Shown one piece after another: positions 37,778 to 46,310 of a stretch of DNA of 64,000 bases. The stretch comes from Thermodesulfobacteriota bacterium (GTDB taxonomy: Bacteria > Desulfobacterota > Desulfobulbia > Desulfobulbales > SURF-16). The stretch spans positions 62,540 through 126,539 of the forward strand of contig JBMONO010000009.1 in assembly GCA_049323655.1 (NCBI GenBank), read 5' to 3'. The translations under genes were made by a program, and so were the position numbers. The notes under the pieces were generated by a model, which made no database searches, had not been told where the DNA came from, and worked only from the letters and a program-made list of their open reading frames with translations. Each line of letters starts with the position of its first letter. The stretch's first letter is position 1.

Positions 37778-39628
37778 ATGTGCGGCATCTGCGGCTTCTA
37801 CAGCCGAATTTTTCTTGAAAACCCTGAAGGGATCACCAAAAAAATGCTTGCCCCCTTGCTGTACCGCGGGCCGGATGAAGAAGGATCGCATATCCTTTCC
37901 ACCCGCAACGGCCATGTCGCGCTTGGCGCCAGACGTCTTGCCATTGTTGATCCTGCGCGGGGCCAACAGCCGCTGTCTTCAAAAAATGGCACAATCTTTG
38001 TCGTGCATAATGGTGAAATTTATAACCACCAGGAACTCCGCATCCGTTTACAGAAAAACCACGACTTCCATACAGAATGCGACACGGAAATCATCCTGCA
38101 TGCCTATGAGGAATACGGCGGAGACTGTTTTTCCCATTTCAACGGCATGTTCGCCACGGCAATCTATGACCACGACCAGCAGTTGCTGACCGTGGCACGT
38201 GACCGATTGGGCAAAAAACCGCTTTTTTACTGGCACAATCCGGACTTTTTCTGTTTTTCCTCGGAGCTCAATTCCCTCCTGGAATTTGCCAAAATTCCAC
38301 GCCAGCTGAATCCCAGCGCGGCTACTGCACTCTTTTCCTTTCTCTGCGTTCCCGCGCCGCAAACCATTTATCGCGATGTTTTTAAACTGGAGCCAGGCCA
38401 GATCATTCAGGTCGATCAGTCAGGGGTAAGGACAAAAAAATATTGGCATATGCCTCCTCCCCAACCGGATGATGACCACTCGCAATTTTCCGAGAACTTC
38501 CGGGCCACTTTTTTTGATGCCGTTTCGCTGCGCCTGCAGCAAGGCATTCCCAACGGCGTGTTATTAAGCGGCGGTGTTGATTCAACAGCGGTCCTGAACG
38601 CTGCGGCCCGCTTCAGATCCGATCTCTACTGTTTTACCGCCTCATTCGACAATCCGTCTTACGATGAAACCCGTTTTGCGGCGCAGACCGCCGATAAGGC
38701 AAAAGCGTCCTTTATTGCCAGCCGCTTTTGCGCGGATATCTCCCCTCTCATCGATATTATGCATGAGCGCTTCGGTGAGCCTTTTGGCGATTCTTCCTTT
38801 TTGCCCACTTACCATATCTGCAGCCAAGCCGCTGCCCGGGTCAAGGTTGTCCTGACCGGAGACGGGGCGGATGAGCTTTTTGGAGGGTACCGGAAAAATC
38901 AGGCGGCAAAACTGCTGCAGTGGCTTAATCAACTTCCCGGGGGTCTGATTGCCCTGGCCCAAAGACTCACTCCAGGGAAAAGCAGAATGAATAAACTTTT
39001 CCAGGCAGCACATCAGTCACTTTCCCAATCATACATCAATTGGGAATCAGGCTGCTCGGACAATACCCTGCTGCATGTGTTTTCCCGCGATTTTCTTGAT
39101 GCCGCAACCCCGGCAGAGTCACTCCTAGGCCAATATTTCCGTGATAGAACTCCTCTTGAGGGCTCCCTCTATGCTGACTCCGCGTTCTATCTTCCCAATG
39201 ATCTGCTGCCGAAAATGGATATGGCCAGTATGGCCAATTCCATAGAGGCACGCTCACCATTCCTGGATTATAGACTCTGGGAAATGGTCTGCCGGCTGCC
39301 GGCAGATAACCGGGTTGCTCCCTGGCAAAGCAAAAAATTATTGAAATCCAGCCTGCGGGACCTGCTGCCATCTCAAATCACACGCCGGCCGAAACAAGGA
39401 TTTACTGTCCCCCTAGGAGCATGGGTCCGAGATCTGCTTGCAGATCCTGCCACAAACATCTTTAACAGCGATTTTTTCCTGAAGCGCCCCATTTACAATC
39501 ATCGCCACATTCAATCTCTCATCGAGGCAGTCGAACAACCCGGCCCTCTGCCACTGCAAACCACCAACATGCTGTGGAACACGTATATCCTCGAATCCTG
39601 GCTGCAAAAGACAAATACCCCGATCTAA
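37778..39628 (+). CDS. asnB: Asparagine synthase (glutamine-hydrolysing)-family amidotransferase
   Basis: MCGICG, RGPD, NGEIYN, ARDRLGKKPL, LLSGGVDS, GDGADELFGGY, EARSPFLD, PKQGF. Confidence 0.93.
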   Translation: MCGICGFYSRIFLENPEGITKKMLAPLLYRGPDEEGSHILSTRNGHVALGARRLAIVDPARGQQPLSSKNGTIFVVHNGEIYNHQELRIRLQKNHDFHTECDTEIILHAYEEYGGDCFSHFNGMFATAIYDHDQQLLTVARDRLGKKPLFYWHNPDFFCFSSELNSLLEFAKIPRQLNPSAATALFSFLCVPAPQTIYRDVFKLEPGQIIQVDQSGVRTKKYWHMPPPQPDDDHSQFSENFRATFFDAVSLRLQQGIPNGVLLSGGVDSTAVLNAAARFRSDLYCFTASFDNPSYDETRFAAQTADKAKASFIASRFCADISPLIDIMHERFGEPFGDSSFLPTYHICSQAAARVKVVLTGDGADELFGGYRKNQAAKLLQWLNQLPGGLIALAQRLTPGKSRMNKLFQAAHQSLSQSYINWESGCSDNTLLHVFSRDFLDAATPAESLLGQYFRDRTPLEGSLYADSAFYLPNDLLPKMDMASMANSIEARSPFLDYRLWEMVCRLPADNRVAPWQSKKLLKSSLRDLLPSQITRRPKQGFTVPLGAWVRDLLADPATNIFNSDFFLKRPIYNHRHIQSLIEAVEQPGPLPLQTTNMLWNTYILESWLQKTNTPI

Positions 39629-39638
39629 CACACTTCCC

Positions 39639-41339
39639 ATGGTCAATGAGGCACTGCAAATCCTCCTGGGCATCAGCCTGCTGCTTCTCATCCGCATCCC
39701 CCTGTGGCGGCGTTTTCACGATAAATACCGCCATGGCGGCATTCTGCACCTAGCTGATATCTATCGAAAGACAGCAAAACTTCTTGCAAACTTCGACTTC
39801 TACCCGTCCTGGAAAAAACATCCACTCCAGGTTTCAGAATACACGGCATTCATCAAACTCCTGGGGTTTAGCTTCAGATGGCTACCTCTCTCAATGATGA
39901 GTGCCGCCTTTTGTATTCAGTTTCTACTCACTGCCATCATGACGGTGACACTGTCTTCTCTCATGCCCCAGCCCCTGTATCTGTTTCCGTTTGTCGCTGC
40001 CTCCTGCTGCATCGCTCCCCTGTATTTAAGCCTGACCGTTATGCCGGATATCTTCCTGATGACCGCCATCAGCACTGCCCTGGGACTGATGCAGGCTCAT
40101 CAATTCTTCCCGCCGGTGATTTTTTCGGTTCTTCTCGGCCTGCTCGGGTGGTTGGTGATCCGCATAAAAACTTCGGGGTTCATTCTGGCAATCAGCATCT
40201 GTGTAACCCTGCCGTTTCTCCACCTTGGTGCCTTGCCGTCTCTCCTTAGCTTGGGTCTGATCGCCTGTCCTTTCCTCATTGATATCCACCACCAGCGGGA
40301 AAACATGGTGGTAAACATCCTGCTTCGCCAGAAAAAATACTTCGGCTACTCACTTGCGGACGAAAAACAAAGCACCCTGCCAGACAACATCACCACCAGG
40401 AGCACACCCAGACGGTTAGGCGATATGCTTAAACTCTTTGCCGCAGGCGCAGCAACGGCGCTGGCTCCATGGCAGCGCTTCAGTTTCTACCGGTCAAACG
40501 GCCTTATCTACCCTCTTGGCCTTGCAGGCATGATAATCCTCCCCTGTCTATCCCGGGAAATAACCGTGCAGCCGCTGTATCTTTTTTCCTGCTTTTACCT
40601 CTTCTTTTTCATCCTGTTTCACTCCCAGCTCCGGCGATTTTTCCACTTCGCAAGCAGGGCCGGCGGCACCCTTTACCCGGTATGGCTGCTCTGGGCAGGC
40701 CTCCTGCTCGGCCAGATGGGAGAAGCAGGTCTGCTCATCATGGCCTTTAGCCTCACCATGGAGGGGCGGCGCTCATTTTCTTTGTTGTTTGGTCAACCCG
40801 CCAGCATCTATTTCGAGCCCCCCCTGTCACCTGCCACAAAGAACAGAAGGACCATAGTAACCCTGCGCCGGATGATCAAACCCCAGGATCTGCTGATGCT
40901 GACTTACCAAGATCTCAATTCTTTCGGCATAGCCCTGCAGAGTTGGCAGATCCCCATTGAACTGGAAAAAACGTCAACGGCAACCATGTGCAAATATATT
41001 GACTATTACCGGCATGACCAGAGATATCGGCGGATATTTCTGGTACTTCCGCCGGGCAAAGAACTTTTTCTCGACAAAAACCTCCGTCCCCATTTTATTG
41101 AGGAAGAACCTCTGGCATCCCGGGTTACACTGCTGAAAACCCCGGCCAATCTGCACGGATATCGAATTTTCGAGGTCCTCCCACCCTCTCGCTTTGTTGA
41201 CCTATCCCCCTATGAAACCTTGACCCCTGACCAGCTCAAACATATGTCTATTGAGTTCGGGGAAAATGATGATATGCAGGCCTCCCTAACTGAGCTACCG
41301 GCTGCCGGCCACCCCTGCCAACCCTTGGCCAGATCATAA
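39639..41339 (+). CDS. Polytopic membrane protein, possibly GT-C fold glycosyltransferase
   Basis: Many hydrophobic segments in the first ~380 aa then a soluble tail; PD motif and RIK after TM segments; family call tentative. Confidence 0.55.
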   Translation: MVNEALQILLGISLLLLIRIPLWRRFHDKYRHGGILHLADIYRKTAKLLANFDFYPSWKKHPLQVSEYTAFIKLLGFSFRWLPLSMMSAAFCIQFLLTAIMTVTLSSLMPQPLYLFPFVAASCCIAPLYLSLTVMPDIFLMTAISTALGLMQAHQFFPPVIFSVLLGLLGWLVIRIKTSGFILAISICVTLPFLHLGALPSLLSLGLIACPFLIDIHHQRENMVVNILLRQKKYFGYSLADEKQSTLPDNITTRSTPRRLGDMLKLFAAGAATALAPWQRFSFYRSNGLIYPLGLAGMIILPCLSREITVQPLYLFSCFYLFFFILFHSQLRRFFHFASRAGGTLYPVWLLWAGLLLGQMGEAGLLIMAFSLTMEGRRSFSLLFGQPASIYFEPPLSPATKNRRTIVTLRRMIKPQDLLMLTYQDLNSFGIALQSWQIPIELEKTSTATMCKYIDYYRHDQRYRRIFLVLPPGKELFLDKNLRPHFIEEEPLASRVTLLKTPANLHGYRIFEVLPPSRFVDLSPYETLTPDQLKHMSIEFGENDDMQASLTELPAAGHPCQPLARS

Positions 41340-41346
41340 AAATCAG

Positions 41347-42420
41347 ATGGGCTTGTTTAAAAATATCACCATCTTTGGAGCAGGTTCCGGATTCACGCAA
41401 ACACTGCCTGATATCAGCCAGACAGGGAAAATATTCCGGGTAGTAGATAACGATCCAGGCAAATGGGGGAAAACCGTAGCAGGTTATAAAATCTTTCCGC
41501 CGGAGGTTCTGCAAGCAAAAGATTCTGATGAAGTCATCATCATCTGCTCCCACTGGAAAAAAAGTATTGCGCGCCAGCTTGCTGCATATGGGTTGCAAAG
41601 CGGCAAGGATTTCTTTCTTGATGTCAATTTTCTCATCAAGCCCGAACACTATCTGCGAATTTTCCGGGAGTTCTCTTCCTTCCTCCGCAGGCACGACAAA
41701 CTGCTGGCCGGGAAGAAGGCGCTGCATATCGGCGTCGGCCACACGCTGCTGGTCGATATCCTGCTGGCAATGGCAGGCGCCCGGGTCATATGCTCAAATC
41801 TTGATGATGAATTGATCTTTTTCCCTGATCTGTCCCTGAAAAAGAGAATCTATGAGCACATTGCCACGTTTTATGCAAATGACTCCGCGCCTTTCATCAT
41901 GAAACCCGAGGCTGTTATTAAAAGGACCACAAACGGGCTGAGCATTGATCCATCCATGGTCTCTTTTCAGGTCATGGATGTGGAAAACCTGGCCGTAGCC
42001 TCAGCCTCGGTCGACTATATCTTCTCCCACGATTTACTGGAGCATGTGGAACAGCCGCAAAAGGCCATCGAGGAATGCTGCCGGGTGTTACGGCCCGGCG
42101 GCATGTTCTACCACCATATCCACCCGGGTGACCATCGGCCGGAAAAAACATCTTTTGATATGTATACCCACCCGGCGCAGCAATGGCGGGAAATCTGCCA
42201 AAAGAACGGCTATCACCACAATCGGTGGCTGAGCTGTCAGTTTATTGAGGCATTTGCCAACGCGGCAGGGACAATCATCGAGGCGGAGAGCAGAACCGCG
42301 CCGGGCATCTCTGATGTTCCGTTATCGCTGCCGCATGAAATAGATCAGGAATTCAGCCGGTTCACCACGCATGATTTCCTGAGTTCAACCGGTCACCTGA
42401 CTATAGGCGGGGTCGTCTGA
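41347..42420 (+). CDS. Class I SAM methyltransferase with N-terminal Rossmann-like module
   Basis: IFGAG..VDNDPGKWG; LHIGVG, DYIFSHDLLEHV, RVLRPGG. Confidence 0.85.
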   Translation: MGLFKNITIFGAGSGFTQTLPDISQTGKIFRVVDNDPGKWGKTVAGYKIFPPEVLQAKDSDEVIIICSHWKKSIARQLAAYGLQSGKDFFLDVNFLIKPEHYLRIFREFSSFLRRHDKLLAGKKALHIGVGHTLLVDILLAMAGARVICSNLDDELIFFPDLSLKKRIYEHIATFYANDSAPFIMKPEAVIKRTTNGLSIDPSMVSFQVMDVENLAVASASVDYIFSHDLLEHVEQPQKAIEECCRVLRPGGMFYHHIHPGDHRPEKTSFDMYTHPAQQWREICQKNGYHHNRWLSCQFIEAFANAAGTIIEAESRTAPGISDVPLSLPHEIDQEFSRFTTHDFLSSTGHLTIGGVV

Positions 42421-42475
42421 TCAGCAGCCTGATCCTGCTCGCAGCCATTCCAGCCATTGAGGCAGAAGAATAACT

Positions 42476-43204
42476 ATGGAATCAAGCACTAAAAATAACT
42501 CATGGGCCATAGCCACCCATGCACATATCAAGCACTATCTCGACTCCGGGCAGTGCCAACAACTCTGTGGCACAAAGCCCTTTGGTTCAAGACATTGGGA
42601 ATATCCATGGGCCATTGAGCACAGCGGGATTTCCGGGCAAAAGGGATTACGCATTCTGGACATCGCCCCGGATTTCACCTTTCCCTACGCCACATTCCTT
42701 GAGGCCAACCACCATCTCACCTTCATTGATCTGGAAAAGAGAAAATGGTCTGACTCGATAACCTGGGGCGCGGATGTCAGCGACCTTGCCACCAGGTCCG
42801 ACCTCCGTATCATGGATGTCCGGGATATGTCCTTTGGCGACAATACCTTTGACGTCATCTTCTGTATCAGCGTCCTGGAACATATTGTCTGCCCCACCCA
42901 GGATCCCGACCATCCACAACTCGCCCGGATCTTCGACCCGCACGGCGCCAGACCTGCTCTGCGGGAAATGATCAGATGCCTGAAACCGGGCGGGAAACTG
43001 CTCGTCACCGTCGATGTGTATCAGGGGCGATGCTGGAAACAGCTGTTTGACAGGTGGGATATCAAAAAAGATTTGGCGATCTGTGGAGTTGCTCTTACTC
43101 CGGATTGCATGCTCAATGCCGACCTCCTCATGAGAATACCGGATGTCTTTCTCTCTGATTTTCACGGGCCTTATTTCACCCTGGGCTTTGCCTTAACCAA
43201 ATAA
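42476..43204 (+). CDS. Class I SAM methyltransferase
   Basis: RHWEYPW, ILDI, FDVIFCISVLEHI, LKPGG. Confidence 0.85.
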   Translation: MESSTKNNSWAIATHAHIKHYLDSGQCQQLCGTKPFGSRHWEYPWAIEHSGISGQKGLRILDIAPDFTFPYATFLEANHHLTFIDLEKRKWSDSITWGADVSDLATRSDLRIMDVRDMSFGDNTFDVIFCISVLEHIVCPTQDPDHPQLARIFDPHGARPALREMIRCLKPGGKLLVTVDVYQGRCWKQLFDRWDIKKDLAICGVALTPDCMLNADLLMRIPDVFLSDFHGPYFTLGFALTK

Positions 43205-43216
43205 CTTCCCCTTTTC

Positions 43217-44116
43217 ATGAATTATCCCGGTCTCAAAAGCATGATTGCCGGCAAACGCCTCGTCTTCTGCGGCATAGGCAGCGCCTTTCATGCCATAGTA
43301 AAGGATCTCGCCGGTATCGATTATTCAATTGCCGCACTACTCGACAATAATCCACAGAAGCATGGGACTTTGCTCTATGGAACGGAAATTACTCCGTTTT
43401 CAGCCATCCGCTCCATCGCCTTTGATTACGTGGTGCTGGCCACCCCTTTCTATGCCGACATTATCCACCAGCTCAACACATTCGGCATAGACAACAGCCG
43501 CTTTATCCGGCTTGGGGCCTCATACAGTTTCGGCTGTTCAATTTTCGCAACCCATGCCGCGCAGCAGCAGCTGACCAACAAAAGCTTCACCCTGATTTCC
43601 GACGATTGCTGGGGAGGAATTCTTTACAGCTGGCTGGGGTTACAGTTTCTGACGCCATTTATCAATCTGATCGTTCCCCCGCAGGATTTCTGCATGCTGG
43701 CAGAAGATGTTGAGTACCATCTTGCCCAGGATGTCCTTTTTCATCCGGAAGACCAGAAAACATCCTATCCTGTCGGGGCTTTGGGGGATGTGAGAATCCA
43801 TTTTGTCCATGACAAGACCCGGCAGGAAGCGAGGCAGAAATGGCAGAGAAGGAGCAAAAGAATCAATCTGGAGAATGTTTTTTTCAAATTTGAATCGGAA
43901 AACCCGGAACACATCCAGGCGGTTGACCGGCTTCCCGTTCCCCGCAAAATTATCTTTACCCGCAATCGATCTGTGAGCGGATCATCGGTGATCATTCTTG
44001 ATGACTGTGATGTGGACGGACCGCAACTCCACCGCACATGCGCCACCTGTCTCAAGAAAGTGGATCTGGTCAACTGGTTGAACACCGGCGAATTATGCCT
44101 TCCCCCGCATCGCTGA
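43217..44116 (+). CDS. DUF1919-like protein with N-terminal Rossmann-like module
   Basis: ISDDCWGG..GLQFLTPFINL, YPVGALGDVRIHFVH, KWQRRSKRIN. Confidence 0.8.
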   Translation: MNYPGLKSMIAGKRLVFCGIGSAFHAIVKDLAGIDYSIAALLDNNPQKHGTLLYGTEITPFSAIRSIAFDYVVLATPFYADIIHQLNTFGIDNSRFIRLGASYSFGCSIFATHAAQQQLTNKSFTLISDDCWGGILYSWLGLQFLTPFINLIVPPQDFCMLAEDVEYHLAQDVLFHPEDQKTSYPVGALGDVRIHFVHDKTRQEARQKWQRRSKRINLENVFFKFESENPEHIQAVDRLPVPRKIIFTRNRSVSGSSVIILDDCDVDGPQLHRTCATCLKKVDLVNWLNTGELCLPPHR

Positions 44117-44133
44117 CAGCTAAAACACCTCGC

Positions 44134-44958
44134 ATGCCCCAACCCCTTGTCACCATCGTCATCCCCACCTTCAATCAGGGCCGTTATCTGCCGGCCACGG
44201 TGGACCACTGTCTCTTCCAGACTTACCCCAACCTGGAAATCATTCTTGTGGACGGTGGTTCCACCGACGGAACCAAGGAATATCTGGCAGCGCTTGCCGG
44301 CAAAATCGCCAGCCAGCAGATGGAACCGGTCAGTCATCTCGACGACAACGGGGAAATTATCCGCACACCGATATTCTCCTATCCCCAGAACCGAGACATC
44401 ACCATCCTGACCTTTGCAGAGGATATCGGGGCAACCCGCACCTATAACGAAGGTCTGCAAAAGGCCACCGGCAGATACTGCACCTACATTGTCGGCGATG
44501 ATCTTCCCCATCCCCACATGATCGAGGAGATGGTCAACGTGCTTGAGAGCGGGAAAGCAGACTTCGTCTATTCCGATATGAATCTGGTGAATGACGACGG
44601 CAGCATAGTCCGCCAGATGCGCCTGCCCGACTATGACTTCGGAAAATGTCTCGCCGACTGGTTTCATCTCGGGGTCAGCAAACTGTACCGGACCGATCTG
44701 CACGATAAAGCAGGATTGATGGATGAAAGGTATACGGCAGCCAACGACTACGATCACTATCTCCGCTTTGCCATGACCGGCTGCCGCTTTTACCACCTGC
44801 CCAGGGTGCTCTATTCCGTGCGCTGGCATGGACCGGCCCGAAAAACAGGGCAACACACCCAAAGCCGATACGCTACCCTGCTAACAGAATCGAAACAATG
44901 TGCAACCAGAGCGCGAAAGTTCCTTGTTTTCACCCAGCAGCATAACGACGAGAAATGA
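44134..44958 (+). CDS. GT2 glycosyltransferase
   Basis: VTIVIPTFNQ, VDGGSTDGT, GDD, DYDHYLR. Confidence 0.9.
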   Translation: MPQPLVTIVIPTFNQGRYLPATVDHCLFQTYPNLEIILVDGGSTDGTKEYLAALAGKIASQQMEPVSHLDDNGEIIRTPIFSYPQNRDITILTFAEDIGATRTYNEGLQKATGRYCTYIVGDDLPHPHMIEEMVNVLESGKADFVYSDMNLVNDDGSIVRQMRLPDYDFGKCLADWFHLGVSKLYRTDLHDKAGLMDERYTAANDYDHYLRFAMTGCRFYHLPRVLYSVRWHGPARKTGQHTQSRYATLLTESKQCATRARKFLVFTQQHNDEK

Positions 44959-46310
44959 CAGCATATACCCCTTTTTTCATACTCGGCCACCCCCGTTCCG
45001 GCACCACGGCGCTGGCACGGCTGCTCAACTGCTCCCCCCAGGTGGCCTGCCTCTATCAGGAAGGAAACCTCCTCTTCCGCCTCTGGCAAACCCTGCAGCG
45101 TACCGATGTGCTCACAGAACCGATCGGTGATCTTCTGGCAGATTTTGAGACAACAGCGCAACACAACCTTGTTCTTCGCTCTCCTGTGCAGCATTCTCCC
45201 AAACTGTGTTTCAGTGACGACACCATCCGGCAACTGATTGCCACCTATCAACAATGTCTGCAATCATCCCCGGACCCCAAAGAAATTTTCGCCAGGGTAT
45301 CAAGCAAATTCTTTGCTCTTTTTGCCGACTACACCAAGGCCCGGGTGGTAGGCGACAAGGTCCCGGATTATCTTTTCATCCCCGACCACATCTCCGCCCC
45401 CCACCCGGATTGTCTGCTTATTGCCATAAGCAGAGACCCCAGGGCGGTCATTCACTCTGCCCTGGAATTCAGCAGAACCACTCTCCATCTTTTTGCCTCA
45501 CCCAGCGCCTTTGCCATGGCGGTGGCCTATTGCATAAAACAAAAGGGTCTCGATGATTTCTTTGCCAATTTTGCCCCGGAACGCCGACTGTTCATCAAGC
45601 AGGAAAAACTGCAAAACTCCCCGCAGGCTGTGCAGGAAAAAGCACATGCCTTCCTGAAAATAGCACCACCTTCGGGGAATGAGGCCGGTGTTGCGTCACC
45701 AATAAAAGACTGGCGCCGGGAAATGAATAAAGAGGACCAGGATGCGGCTCTTGCTGTCTGTTGCGCCTTCGATCTTATGGAAAGAGATCATGAAATCCCC
45801 CCTTCCCTATCAGATAAAGCGGAAATCATCAAACAACTCTTCTCCTCCGCCGATGCTGAAATCGCGCCACTGGCCAGGCAGGCTGCCTTATTCTTCCACC
45901 GTTCAGAAGATGAAAAAAAAGAATTCGGGTTTACCTTGACCCACCTGGCTGATTACTTTTATAAACGATCCGCCTTTTCGCGGGCAGAATTGTTCTTCCA
46001 GCAGGCAGTAAGTTTTGTGCAGAATGACCCCATCCTCTGGTACAAATACGCCCTCCTCTGTTATGATACCAAACAATGCCAAACCGCCATCATCTGTCTG
46101 GAACAGAGCCAGCGGTATTGCCCTCCGGACCCCTATCATGCTTTTTTACGCGCCAAGATTTTTTATCTGCAGGGCATGGTGGCAAGACTCATGGGCGATG
46201 ATGAAAATGCGACAAAGGCATTGCAGGGAGCCCTCAGGGCAAAGCCGGACTTTGCCCTGCCGTCTAAAATGCTGGAGATCCTCCAATCCTCAAAGGCCGC
46301 AAGACGATGA
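44955..46310 (+). CDS. Sulfotransferase + C-terminal TPR protein
   Basis: FILGHPRSGTTALARLL, GDKVP, RDPRAVIHS; TPR-like C-terminal helices. Confidence 0.85.
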   Translation: MTAYTPFFILGHPRSGTTALARLLNCSPQVACLYQEGNLLFRLWQTLQRTDVLTEPIGDLLADFETTAQHNLVLRSPVQHSPKLCFSDDTIRQLIATYQQCLQSSPDPKEIFARVSSKFFALFADYTKARVVGDKVPDYLFIPDHISAPHPDCLLIAISRDPRAVIHSALEFSRTTLHLFASPSAFAMAVAYCIKQKGLDDFFANFAPERRLFIKQEKLQNSPQAVQEKAHAFLKIAPPSGNEAGVASPIKDWRREMNKEDQDAALAVCCAFDLMERDHEIPPSLSDKAEIIKQLFSSADAEIAPLARQAALFFHRSEDEKKEFGFTLTHLADYFYKRSAFSRAELFFQQAVSFVQNDPILWYKYALLCYDTKQCQTAIICLEQSQRYCPPDPYHAFLRAKIFYLQGMVARLMGDDENATKALQGALRAKPDFALPSKMLEILQSSKAARR

